Assembly: GCA_963678065.2 (NCBI GenBank)
Contig: CAXXVZ010000003.1
Coordinates: 544,001 to 608,000, forward strand
Origin: Treponemataceae bacterium
GTDB taxonomy: Bacteria; Spirochaetota; Spirochaetia; Treponematales; Rectinemataceae
Reading direction: 5' to 3'
DNA: 64,000 bases
Position 1 is the first letter of the stretch; every line of letters begins with the position of its first letter. Positions 1-8,830 of this stretch are shown here, piece after piece. The notes beneath the pieces were generated by a model that saw only the letters and a program-made list of their open reading frames with translations, was not told the DNA's origin and searched no databases. The translations under genes and the position numbers were made by a program.

Positions 1-1
1 C

Positions 2-1276
2 AACCCGCCGACTTTCGCCGACGAACACGCAAAGCGCCGGTGGCTCGTGGACATGGGATTCAATGCCGTGCCCTCAGTCACGTTCAGGAGCCCAGAGGAA
101 GTTGTGGCTTATCGCGCCAAAGTCATGGACCTTCGGGCGAGCCTGGACTACGACATCGACGGCCTCGTCGTCCGGGATCCCTCAATCGATCCTGCGGATG
201 CAGCACGGGCAAGACCGGAAAAACAGATCGCCTTCAAATTCAGCCCCGAGGAGGCCATTTCCACGCTCAGAGATGTCGAGTGGAGCGAATCCGGGGCGAC
301 CTTCACCCCCATAGGCATCGTGGACCCGGTGCGGCTCGCCGGAACCATGGTGAAACGCGCGAATCTCTGCAACACCAACATAATGAAAGACCTCGGCATC
401 ATGCTCGGGTCCCGCATAGTCATTACGAAACGCGGCGAGATCATTCCCAAGATCGAGAGCCTCGTGGAGAATCCCCCCGGAAGCGAGCCGATTCCCATCC
501 CTTCTGAATGCTCGTGCGGCTCCGCCCTTGTGGACGAGGGTACGCGGCTTTTCTGTCCCAACCCGTCCTGCCCTAAAAAAACCCTGCACAGACTCGAGAA
601 GTGGCTTTCAGTCCTCGACGTGATGGACTTCGGCTCCGCCATCATCGCGCGCCTGCACGATTCGGGCAGGGTAAAACGGATAGCCGACCTCTACACCCTG
701 ACGGTGGACGAACTCTGCCTCCACGAGCGGATGGGCGAGGTCCTCGCCGCGAAGATTCTCCGGAATCTCGCCGCCAAGAAGGAGATAGGGCTCGCCCGCT
801 TCGTGGCCGGCCTCGATATCGAAGGAATTGGAGAACTCCTCATCGACCGGGCCATCTCGGCCGGCTTTGACAGCCTGGACAAACTTCGCGCCGCGAAAGT
901 CTCCGACTTGTCGGGAATTTTCGGCATAGCCGACAGAACTGCCGCCGCCATCGTGGAAGGGCTGGCCTCCCTCTCCTCCGAGATCGACGCGCTCGTGCAA
1001 CCAGGCTATGTACATGTGCTCAATGGCGAAGCTGCCGGGCCCCTTGCGGGGAAAAATTTCTGTTTTACCGGCGAATTGCGCAGCATGAAGCGCGGTGAAG
1101 CCGAAGACCTCGTCAAGTCACTCGGAGGAGGCGTCAAATCCTCGGTCACGAAGGACCTCGCCTTCCTTGTCACAAATGACCCCGGCTCTGGTTCGGCCAA
1201 GAACAGGAAGGCGCTCTCCCTCGGGATAGGCATCCTCGACGAGGAGAGTTTCCTCGCCCTGGTCGGCAGGGAGTGA
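2..1276 (+). CDS. ligA: NAD-dependent DNA ligase, 5'-partial
   Basis: Frame open from the window edge; DGLVV motif, IAFKF, OB-fold RGEIIPKI, Cys4 Zn finger, HhH repeats, C-terminal BRCT (FCFTGEL..SVTKDLAFLV). Confidence 0.96.
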   Translation, partial: NPPTFADEHAKRRWLVDMGFNAVPSVTFRSPEEVVAYRAKVMDLRASLDYDIDGLVVRDPSIDPADAARARPEKQIAFKFSPEEAISTLRDVEWSESGATFTPIGIVDPVRLAGTMVKRANLCNTNIMKDLGIMLGSRIVITKRGEIIPKIESLVENPPGSEPIPIPSECSCGSALVDEGTRLFCPNPSCPKKTLHRLEKWLSVLDVMDFGSAIIARLHDSGRVKRIADLYTLTVDELCLHERMGEVLAAKILRNLAAKKEIGLARFVAGLDIEGIGELLIDRAISAGFDSLDKLRAAKVSDLSGIFGIADRTAAAIVEGLASLSSEIDALVQPGYVHVLNGEAAGPLAGKNFCFTGELRSMKRGEAEDLVKSLGGGVKSSVTKDLAFLVTNDPGSGSAKNRKALSLGIGILDEESFLALVGRE

Positions 1277-1587
1277 ACCCCGACGGAGAGGGCTGGCTCA
1301 TCCCCCGGGGCGACCGCGTCCATGTCCTCGTCAAGGTCATTCCCGGGAGTTCCGAGACGGCCTTCGCGGGATTTCGCGAGGACCGGGTTCTCGCACGGAT
1401 CGCGGCCGCTCCCGAAAAGGGGAAGGCCAATGCGGCCCTTGAGGCCCTCTTCGCCGAAAAACTCGGCATCTCCAGAAGCAGCGTGAAGATCGTCGCCGGG
1501 CTCACCGATCGCCGCAAGACAGTCAGCCTTCCCGCCGGCAGCACCCCGGCCCTGCGGTCCTTGATGCGGCGGGGGAGGGCGGGTTAA
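1273..1587 (+). CDS. DUF167/YggU family protein
   Basis: VKVIPGS...IAAAPEKGKANAAL...GLTDRRKTV signature; GTGA overlap with ligA stop. Confidence 0.85.
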   Translation: MNPDGEGWLIPRGDRVHVLVKVIPGSSETAFAGFREDRVLARIAAAPEKGKANAALEALFAEKLGISRSSVKIVAGLTDRRKTVSLPAGSTPALRSLMRRGRAG

Positions 1588-1590
1588 ACT
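1561..1590 (+). promoter_or_regulatory. putative sigma70 promoter for argS
   Basis: TTGATG-18nt-TAAACT, followed by SD AAGGAG. Confidence 0.45.
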
Positions 1591-1626
1591 TCCGCTTCCT
1601 CGAGACTCTCAAAGGAGACCTTGAAC

Positions 1627-3390
1627 ATGTCCGATCTGAAGAGTGCATGGAAAGCCATAGTGGCGCAGGCGATTGGCGCCCACATGACAAATTGCGGAAT
1701 CGCGGGAATCCCGCCCCTCCCCGAATCCGTTGTGTTGGAAAAACCTCCCAGACCGGAACTCGGTGATTTTGGATTCCCCATGTTCCCTTTCGCGAAGTCC
1801 CTCAGATCTTCGCCCGCACTTCTCGCCAAGGCGATCGAAAAGATCATCGCAGCCGATGCAAAGTCCACCGCCCACGGGACAGCCCTCGCGGAGGGCCCCT
1901 ATCTCAACGTCAGACTCGCACGAGCCTCTGCGCTGGAATCCCTCCTTGCGGAAACGGCTTCGGAGAGCTGGGGCCGGAGTTCCGCCCTGGCAGGCCGCCA
2001 CATCATGGTCGAGTTTTCCTGCCCCAACACGAACAAACCCCTCCACCTTGGCCACCTCCGCAACAACATCCTCGGAGAATCGGTTTCCCGCATTCTCGCC
2101 GCCGCGGGAGCCGAAGTCAGGAAAGTCAACCTCATCAACGACCGCGGCGTCCACATCTGCAAATCCATGCTCGCCTACATGCGCTACGGCGAAGGGCGTT
2201 CTCCGGAAGACGAGGGTCTCAAATCCGATCACTTCGTCGGCAAGTACTACGTCATGTTCAACAAGCTCAAGGAAGAGGAGCCGGACGCCGAGTCCCAGGC
2301 CCAGGAACTGCTCAGGCGCTGGGAAGCCGGGGATGCCAGAGTCATCGAGCTCTGGAAGAAAATGAACTCCTGGGCAGTGGAAGGCATCAAATCGACCTAC
2401 CTCAGGCAGGGCATATCTTTCGATTCCTACTATTTCGAGAGCGAAACCTATTCCCGCGGGCGCGAGGAAGTCATGAAGGGGCTCGAATCCGGAATCTTCT
2501 ATAGAGATGAGGATGGCTCTGTCTGGGTCAACCTCGAGGACATCGGCCTCGACCGCAAAGTCCTTCTGCGCCGCGACGGAACAAGCCTCTACATCACTCA
2601 GGACATCGGAACCGCTATCTACCGCCACGACGACTGGGCCTTCGACCGCCTCGTCTATGTCGTTGCGAGCGAGCAGCAGTACCATTTCAAGGTTCTCTTC
2701 GAAGTGCTGAAGCGGCTGGGCTTCGACTGGGCCTCCGATCTGCACCACCTCTCGTACGGCCTCGTCAACCTCCCTTCGGGAAGAATGAAAACGCGTGAGG
2801 GCACTGTCGTCGACGCCGACGATCTCATTGAAGAGCTTGCCAGACTCGCCGCCGCGGAGATCGAGGCAAAGGGGAGGGAAGACGCCGTAGGCGATCTCGG
2901 AGCCATCTCGGAGCGCATAGCCCTCGGAGCCCTGCACTACTACCTCCTGCAGACGGCGCCAGTCAAAGACATGCTCTACGACCCCGAAATGTCTCTTTCC
3001 TTCAACGGGAACACCGGGCCATACATCCAGTACATGGGCGCGCGCGCCTCTTCCATACTGCGCAAGCATGCCGCGGGGGAGGGCAACGCGAAGAAGGGCG
3101 TCGCCTCGGCTTCCTCCCTTTCGGGAGACGCGGACTGGTTCCTCGCGCGGCAGGTATCCGAGTTCTCCGAGGCCATCGACGCCGCGGCGCTCTCACTCGA
3201 GCCTTCCATCCTGGCCAAGTACATGCACGACCTCGCGGCCGCATTCTCTTCTTGGTACAGAGAAAACCCAGTCCTCACCAATCCCGACGCAAACCTCGCG
3301 GCTTCGCGCGTGGCCCTTGTCTCGGCCGTGGCGCGGACCCTGAAAGCCGGCTGCGGGCTTCTCGGCATCCCCTTCCTCTCCGCGATGTAG
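1627..3390 (+). CDS. argS: arginine--tRNA ligase
   Basis: VEFSCPNTNKPLHLGHLRN (HIGH-like), GRMKTREG, GNTGPYIQY; ATG 9 nt after AAGGAG. Confidence 0.97.
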   Translation: MSDLKSAWKAIVAQAIGAHMTNCGIAGIPPLPESVVLEKPPRPELGDFGFPMFPFAKSLRSSPALLAKAIEKIIAADAKSTAHGTALAEGPYLNVRLARASALESLLAETASESWGRSSALAGRHIMVEFSCPNTNKPLHLGHLRNNILGESVSRILAAAGAEVRKVNLINDRGVHICKSMLAYMRYGEGRSPEDEGLKSDHFVGKYYVMFNKLKEEEPDAESQAQELLRRWEAGDARVIELWKKMNSWAVEGIKSTYLRQGISFDSYYFESETYSRGREEVMKGLESGIFYRDEDGSVWVNLEDIGLDRKVLLRRDGTSLYITQDIGTAIYRHDDWAFDRLVYVVASEQQYHFKVLFEVLKRLGFDWASDLHHLSYGLVNLPSGRMKTREGTVVDADDLIEELARLAAAEIEAKGREDAVGDLGAISERIALGALHYYLLQTAPVKDMLYDPEMSLSFNGNTGPYIQYMGARASSILRKHAAGEGNAKKGVASASSLSGDADWFLARQVSEFSEAIDAAALSLEPSILAKYMHDLAAAFSSWYRENPVLTNPDANLAASRVALVSAVARTLKAGCGLLGIPFLSAM

Positions 3391-3408
3391 AGGCGGCCCC
3401 AGGCCTTA

Positions 3409-3438
3409 TTGACAGAGCTTCACGCGACGTTGTATAAA
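3409..3438 (+). promoter_or_regulatory. putative sigma70 promoter for rplU-rpmA
   Basis: TTGACA-18nt-TATAAA. Confidence 0.5.
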
Positions 3439-3476
3439 CGCTGACTGAGTATTGAATACCATCGAGGTTACCGCAC

Positions 3477-3788
3477 ATGTATGCAGTTGTTGAGATCAAA
3501 GGCAAACAGTACCGCGCAGAAAAAGGCGCTATGCTTCAGGTAGACCGCTTCGACGCCGAAGAAGGCGCTGGAGTCTCTTTTGACAAAGTTCTTCTCCTTT
3601 CCGGCGAGTCCGTCAAGGTGGGTAGCCCCTACGTAGAGGGCGCCGCCGTGAAAGCCGTCGTCCAGAACGAGATCAAGGGCGACAAAGTGGTTGTTTTCAA
3701 GTACAAGCCCAAGAAAGATTATCGCAGAACACAGGGACACAGGCAGAGCTACACGGTTCTCAAGATCGAGGATATCGTCGGAGCCTGA
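3477..3788 (+). CDS. rplU: 50S ribosomal protein L21
   Basis: MYAVVEIKGKQY...FKYKPKKDYRRTQGHRQSYT. Confidence 0.98.
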   Translation: MYAVVEIKGKQYRAEKGAMLQVDRFDAEEGAGVSFDKVLLLSGESVKVGSPYVEGAAVKAVVQNEIKGDKVVVFKYKPKKDYRRTQGHRQSYTVLKIEDIVGA

Positions 3789-3932
3789 TTCCGTTTCCCG
3801 CTTTGGGGCTGCATCTTCGGGACCTGAGGGTGGCCCCCCTGCCAGACTGTCCTGTTGTGCAGGCAACTGCCAGCCTGAGAGGGCCTTTCTGATAGGGCAT
3901 CTACAAGACAACATGATTTTGGAGGAATTACT

Positions 3933-4181
3933 ATGCCACACAAGGGCGTAAACGGTCGCGATTCCAATCCCCAGCATCTCGGGGTCAAAGCATACGGAAA
4001 TGAGTTCGTGACAGCCGGTTCGATCATTGTCCGTCAGCGCGGCACCAAGATCCACCCCGGTCTCAATGTCGGAATCGGAAAAGACGATACTCTTTTCGCC
4101 CTCGTGGACGGAAAGGTTTTCTTCAAAGAAGTCCGCAAGCGGAAGTATGCCGGTGTAGAACCGGTAGCCGCGACGGAATAA
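3933..4181 (+). CDS. rpmA: 50S ribosomal protein L27 (short N-terminal tail)
   Basis: [13 protein letters not shown]...[33 protein letters not shown]. Confidence 0.97.
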   Translation: MPHKGVNGRDSNPQHLGVKAYGNEFVTAGSIIVRQRGTKIHPGLNVGIGKDDTLFALVDGKVFFKEVRKRKYAGVEPVAATE

Positions 4182-4249
4182 CGCGCGCCAAAAGTCTTCC
4201 GGCGTCGTTCCCCTCTGGAACGAAGGACGCCATGCCTTTACGGCGAGCG

Positions 4250-4289
4250 AAAGCCGTCCCGATGCATGAAGGGACGGCTTTGTGTTTTT
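4250..4289 (+). terminator. rho-independent terminator-like hairpin after rpmA
   Basis: AAAGCCGTCCC / GGGACGGCTTT stem followed by GTGTTTTT. Confidence 0.7.
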
Positions 4290-4301
4290 CAGGATTGTTC
4301 A

Positions 4302-5513
4302 GTGATAAAATTTGCCGATGAAGCGATGGTCTTCGTCAGTTCGGGGAAAGGCGGAGACGGTTGCATCGCTTTTCGCCGCGAAAAATTCGTACCTATGGGT
4401 GGACCCGCCGGCGGCGATGGCGGCCGCGGCGGCGACGTCATTTTCGAAGTGCGACGCAACATCAGGACACTCGCCGATCTGCGCTACCACCAGACATTCA
4501 AAGCCCAGAACGGATTCCCCGGCATGGGCAAGAACCGCTACGGCAAAGATGGCGAGGACATCGTCATCCCCGTTCCTCCCGGCACAGTCATCATGGACGC
4601 GGAAACCGGAGAGATGCTCAAGGATTTCGGCTCAGACCGCTCCTCTTCCGTTGACGGCACCCGCTGGATTTTTCTTACGGGCGGCAAGGGCGGAATGGGG
4701 AACACCCATTTCAAGACCTCGACGAACCAGGCCCCAAAGACGGCTCAGCCCGGGAAACCCGGCAGACAGGCCAAACTCAAGATCGAGCTGCAGCTAATCG
4801 CCGACATCGGTTTTGTCGGATTTCCCAATGCCGGCAAATCGAGCCTTCTCGATCATTTTACGAACGCGCGCCCGAAAATCGCCCCGTATCCATTCACTAC
4901 GAAAATTCCAAACCTCGGCATGCTCTACCTTCACGACCGACACATCGTCCTCGCCGACATTCCGGGCATCATCGAGGGAGCCCACGACGGCGCAGGGCTC
5001 GGCATTCGCTTCCTGAAGCATATTTCACGGACAAGTTGCCTCGCCTTCCTCGTCGACCTTTCGGACGACAACAGGGATACGGCATTTTCCGTCCTTCTTG
5101 GCGAACTGGCCGCATTTTCGCCCCGACTCGCAGCCAAGCGCCGCGTGCTGATTGCCACGAAGCTCGATCTGCCCGAGGCCGAAGAGCGCTTCGATGCGTT
5201 CAAGGCCGCCAATCGAGGAGAAGAGATATACGGTATCTCTGTCTTTTCAGGCCGCGGCATGGACGAGCTCAAGGAAGCCTTCTTCAGGATAGTCGCCGAA
5301 GCGGAGACACAGGCTTCGGCGACGAAAGAGGCGGCAGACAGTCTTTTCGAATCATTTGAAGGCGAAGACCTGTTTGACGAGCTGAGCCCCGTGACTCAGG
5401 AAGTTTCCGGGTACACCGGGGCACCCGGGCTTTCTCTCGCGGCAGTCAGCGATGGATCGGCAGACGACGCGCCCGGCATCTCGCTCGGCGACAAGGACCA
5501 TCGCGCAGAATGA
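4302..5513 (+). CDS. obgE: GTPase ObgE/CgtA
   Basis: Gly-rich Obg domain (GGDGGRGGDV), GFPNAGKSS, YPFTT, DIPG, TKLD; GTG start chosen at VIKFADE. Confidence 0.97.
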   Translation: MIKFADEAMVFVSSGKGGDGCIAFRREKFVPMGGPAGGDGGRGGDVIFEVRRNIRTLADLRYHQTFKAQNGFPGMGKNRYGKDGEDIVIPVPPGTVIMDAETGEMLKDFGSDRSSSVDGTRWIFLTGGKGGMGNTHFKTSTNQAPKTAQPGKPGRQAKLKIELQLIADIGFVGFPNAGKSSLLDHFTNARPKIAPYPFTTKIPNLGMLYLHDRHIVLADIPGIIEGAHDGAGLGIRFLKHISRTSCLAFLVDLSDDNRDTAFSVLLGELAAFSPRLAAKRRVLIATKLDLPEAEERFDAFKAANRGEEIYGISVFSGRGMDELKEAFFRIVAEAETQASATKEAADSLFESFEGEDLFDELSPVTQEVSGYTGAPGLSLAAVSDGSADDAPGISLGDKDHRAE

Positions 5514-6085
5514 GAATCCTGGTATTCGGAGGATCTTTCAATCCTCCGCACCTGGGCCACCTTGCCATGGCCGACCATGCCCGCGTGCAGTTCGGCTACG
5601 ACAAAGTCATCCTTGTCCCCTCATTCCGCCCTCCTCACAAAGTCCTCGCAGACGACCCGGGTCCGGAACACAGGAAGGCCATGCTCCTCAAGCTGTGTAT
5701 GCAGGACAGGCATTTCGTGACAGACGACTGCGAGATCGCCCGGGCAGGTACATCCTACACGGTGGACACTATCGCCCTGATCATCGAATTCTATAAACCC
5801 GATGGGAAACCGGGCTTCCTCCTTGGCGACGATCTCGTTCCCGGCTTTTCTTCCTGGAAAGATCCTGAGCGCATAGCCGAAATGGCCGAACTCATTGTTG
5901 CGGGCAGAGAGGAACAGTCTCCTCCCGACTTCCTCTTTCCCCACCGCAACGCAGACAACGAGCGCCTGCCCATCTCCAGCAGCATGATACGGCAGAGGAT
6001 CAGGAACGGCTCAGCCTTCCGCTATCTCGTTCCGGGCCCTGTCTTTGACTATATAGTCGAGAAAGGACTATATGGATTTCGCTGA
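5510..6085 (+). CDS. nadD: nicotinate-nucleotide adenylyltransferase
   Basis: FGGSFNPPHLGH, SYTVDT, ISSSMIR. Confidence 0.95.
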   Translation: MRILVFGGSFNPPHLGHLAMADHARVQFGYDKVILVPSFRPPHKVLADDPGPEHRKAMLLKLCMQDRHFVTDDCEIARAGTSYTVDTIALIIEFYKPDGKPGFLLGDDLVPGFSSWKDPERIAEMAELIVAGREEQSPPDFLFPHRNADNERLPISSSMIRQRIRNGSAFRYLVPGPVFDYIVEKGLYGFR

Positions 6086-6668
6086 GATGATCAGGGACAT
6101 CGACAGGCGTATGACGTCCATGCTGAGCCCTGGAAGAGCCCTCCATTCCCGCCGTGTCGCGGAGCTTTCGGCCGCGATATGCTCTGTTCATGCGATCGCG
6201 CCAGAGAAGGGCGAACTCGCCGGGCTCGCTCACGACATCTGCAAGGAACTCCCCCGCAGCGAGCAGAGTCTCCTGGCAAAGGGTTTCCCGGGAAATCGGC
6301 TCGGAAAAGGCGATGAATCTTCCTTCATATCCGACCATATCCCCCATGGCCCCGCCGCAGCCGTCTGGCTCATAGAAGAGTACGAGCTCGCAGACGATGA
6401 GATCCTCGAAGCTGTCGCCTACCACACTGTCGGCGATCCGAAAATGGGCCCCCTCGCCTCCATCGTGTATTGTGCGGACAAACTGGAACCCGGCCGCCAG
6501 GAAATCAGCGAGGCCTACCGGGAACGCTGCCTGTCGATGTCCATTCCCGACATGGTCGCCTCCGTCTGTTCCCACTCCATAGAGTGGTTGCGCCGGACAG
6601 GCAGGCCTGTTGCTCCTCAGACAATCATCCTGTACAATTCATTGATAAAAACGGTGCGCCAAGCATGA
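6072..6668 (+). CDS. yqeK: YqeK-like HD-domain hydrolase (Ap4A hydrolase family)
   Basis: HS..V, GLAHDICKE, HG, YHT.G, ADKLEPGR; follows nadD. Confidence 0.88.
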   Translation: MDFAEMIRDIDRRMTSMLSPGRALHSRRVAELSAAICSVHAIAPEKGELAGLAHDICKELPRSEQSLLAKGFPGNRLGKGDESSFISDHIPHGPAAAVWLIEEYELADDEILEAVAYHTVGDPKMGPLASIVYCADKLEPGRQEISEAYRERCLSMSIPDMVASVCSHSIEWLRRTGRPVAPQTIILYNSLIKTVRQA

Positions 6669-7837
6669 AGCCAATCAACCTGGACAAGACCCACATACTC
6701 CTCGCGGCGATAGTCGCCATCTGTGTCATCGCTCTCGTGACGATGTTCCTCGCGTTCCGGGCCGATGAAGTGGACAGGGCCATCCGCTCCGACAGGATCA
6801 TGAACATACTCTTCGTGATCGAGAGCGAAGGGAAACCCGCGGTCTCCGAACTTTTCATGTTCCACCCCGCGACAGGTCGGAGCGCGCTACTCGACGTGCC
6901 GCCTGAAACCGGCCTCATCCTCGAAACCCTGAAGCGGGTGGACAGGATCGAAACTGTCTACGATGCGCGCAAGCCTGGACCCTATATTGCCGAATTGCGC
7001 AAACTGATCGATACGCCGGTGGATTACTGGATGATCTTCGATCAGAAGACATTCATGAAAACAGTGGACCTTCTCGAGGGGCTCGAGGTTTTCGTGCCCA
7101 ACCCGGTGAACCATCCTGGACCACCCTCCGTCCTTCTGCCGGGAGGGGCGCTCGTTCTCGATGGCGACAAGGCCATGCAGTACGCATTCTTTTCGGACAG
7201 CGGGGAGACAGAGACTGAGACTGTCGCCCGCAGGCAGAAGGTCTTCCAGTCGCTCATCAGGCGCATCGCGCAGAAGAATGACTATCTCCGGAGGCGAGAT
7301 GTTTTCGGCGCCTTCGCCGCAGGCATAAAAACCAATCTTTCACGGGAAGCCATGGTCCGGTTTCTCTCCGAGGCGGGTAAAATAGATGCCGACAGAATAG
7401 TCCTCCAGAAGATCACTGGCACCTACCGGACCGTCGATGAAAAGCGACTCCTCTTTCCCCATTATGACGGCGAACTCGTCAGGGATATCGTAAAGCAGAC
7501 CGTAAATGCTCTCTCCGTCGCCGACGCTTCGACCTCCTCGGGAAAGACTTACACTGTCGAGATACTGAACGGAACGGAATCGAAGGGATTGGCCAAATCG
7601 GCCGCCGATATTTTCCAGAGCTTCGGCTACGATATCGCCGCATTGGGAAACGCGGACAAACAGGATTACAGCCGAACAGTAATCATCGACCGTTATGGCG
7701 ATCCGGCCGTGGCAAAAACTGTCGGATCTGTCATCCGCTGCGAAAACATGGGGCCCGCGACGGCTGATTCCACAGTCGTCGCAGACTTCACTATCATATT
7801 GGGAAAGGATTTCAATGGGAGGGCTTGTGTCCGATAG
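6665..7837 (+). CDS. LCP (LytR-CpsA-Psr) family protein with LytR C-terminal domain
   Basis: N-terminal TM helix; LDGDKAMQY; C-terminal VEILNGT..GLA...LGNAD...DFTIILGKDF. Confidence 0.85.
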   Translation: MKPINLDKTHILLAAIVAICVIALVTMFLAFRADEVDRAIRSDRIMNILFVIESEGKPAVSELFMFHPATGRSALLDVPPETGLILETLKRVDRIETVYDARKPGPYIAELRKLIDTPVDYWMIFDQKTFMKTVDLLEGLEVFVPNPVNHPGPPSVLLPGGALVLDGDKAMQYAFFSDSGETETETVARRQKVFQSLIRRIAQKNDYLRRRDVFGAFAAGIKTNLSREAMVRFLSEAGKIDADRIVLQKITGTYRTVDEKRLLFPHYDGELVRDIVKQTVNALSVADASTSSGKTYTVEILNGTESKGLAKSAADIFQSFGYDIAALGNADKQDYSRTVIIDRYGDPAVAKTVGSVIRCENMGPATADSTVVADFTIILGKDFNGRACVR

Positions 7838-8201
7838 TAGGGATATCGCTTTTTCTCTCGCCGGCGTTCTTGCCGAGCATGGGGCTGGAGATGTCATCGT
7901 TCTCGACGTGGCAGTCCAGTCCGGATGGACGGACTTTTTTGTCATAGCAACGGCCACAAGTTCGACCCACATGAAGGGTCTTTCCCGCTTTCTCGACGAG
8001 AGGGCGGAAAGTCTCGGCGCGACGCGCTTCAACAAGCCCTCCATCGCCGATGACGAGGAGTGGATCCTCATCGACCTCGGAGATGTGGTCGTCCACATCA
8101 TGGCCCAGCGTGCGAGGAATTTTTACGAGCTCGAGAAGCTCTGGTTCCAGTCCACACCGATTCCTGTCGTTGCGCCTTCACAGGAGCAACTGCCAGGCTG
8201 A
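7827..8201 (+). CDS. rsfS: ribosome silencing factor
   Basis: DFFVIATATS, WILIDLGDVVVHIM..ARNFYELEKLW. Confidence 0.95.
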   Translation: MSDSRDIAFSLAGVLAEHGAGDVIVLDVAVQSGWTDFFVIATATSSTHMKGLSRFLDERAESLGATRFNKPSIADDEEWILIDLGDVVVHIMAQRARNFYELEKLWFQSTPIPVVAPSQEQLPG

Positions 8202-8225
8202 GCCTGCATTCAGCAGTCTGACAAT

Positions 8226-8266
8226 GAAACGACAAAGGCCGCCAGGGAGGCGGCCTTTGTCGTTTC
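8226..8266. terminator. bidirectional terminator between convergent rsfS and acidic-protein gene
   Basis: Perfect 18-bp inverted repeat GAAACGACAAAGGCCGCC-AGGGA-GGCGGCCTTTGTCGTTTC. Confidence 0.8.
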
Positions 8267-8287
8267 CGGGAATCGGACAGTGAAGTA

Positions 8288-8608
8288 TCAGTCGAGATCC
8301 TCGAATTCGATCTCATCCTCGTCGAAATCCTCGTCCTCGTCGAGATCGTCGTCGAGATCGTCGTCATCGTCAAAATCATCGTCGTCGTCATCGAAATCGT
8401 CGTCGTCATCGTCGAAATCATCGTCGTCGAGATCGTCGAAATCATCGTCCTCGTCGATGCCATCGTCCTCGAAGTCGTCATAACCGCCATCAAACAGAGC
8501 GGCTGGAAAATCGGGCGCAGGCGCTCCTTCGATGATTGCGCCGTCCAGGGCGGCCAGTGCGAGTTCTGAACCAAAAACCGGCGCGGATTCGCCGAAGGTG
8601 GGGATCAT
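8288..8608 (-). CDS. extremely acidic 106-aa hypothetical protein (poly-Asp with spaced Phe/Leu)
   Basis: GGAGG SD, upstream promoter, downstream terminator; mixed GAT/GAC codons. Confidence 0.8.
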   Translation of the reverse strand: MIPTFGESAPVFGSELALAALDGAIIEGAPAPDFPAALFDGGYDDFEDDGIDEDDDFDDLDDDDFDDDDDDFDDDDDDFDDDDDLDDDLDEDEDFDEDEIEFEDLD

Positions 8609-8705
8609 ACTGTCTTCCTCCCGTATATGCTTGGTGCCCATCGTGGAAAGGGGCACCTCAGGTGACCGGCGACTCGGCGTGCCGTCGAGACCGTTGTCAG
8701 CAGAA

Positions 8706-8735
8706 AATCTAAAAGAGCCGGCATCGGTATGTCAA
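8706..8735 (-). promoter_or_regulatory. putative sigma70 promoter for acidic-protein gene
   Basis: TTGACA-18nt-TAGATT on the minus strand. Confidence 0.6.
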
Positions 8736-8792
8736 CTACGGATTCCCGAGAAATGATGCGGGCGAGTTGATTTTCCGGAATTCGCCGGGGGT

Positions 8793-8820
8793 TTGACAAG
8801 AATGTGTTAATCGCTATAAT
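8793..8820 (+). promoter_or_regulatory. consensus sigma70 promoter for ispE operon
   Basis: TTGACA-16nt-TATAAT, 10 nt before the ispE ATG. Confidence 0.8.
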
Positions 8821-8830
8821 AGCGCACTAA

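Noticed and set aside
5300..5513. Low-complexity tails on ObgE (also L25, L9, S2, S18, SecA)
   Set aside because: Such disordered extensions are common in these families.
8300..8480. TCGTCA/TCGTCG repeats as a CRISPR array or VNTR
   Set aside because: No repeat-spacer structure; explained by Asp codons.
8280..8483. Poly-Ser ORF on the + strand and poly-Thr/Met ORF at 8098-8574
   Set aside because: Shadow frames of the poly-Asp gene, which is the one with SD, promoter and terminator.
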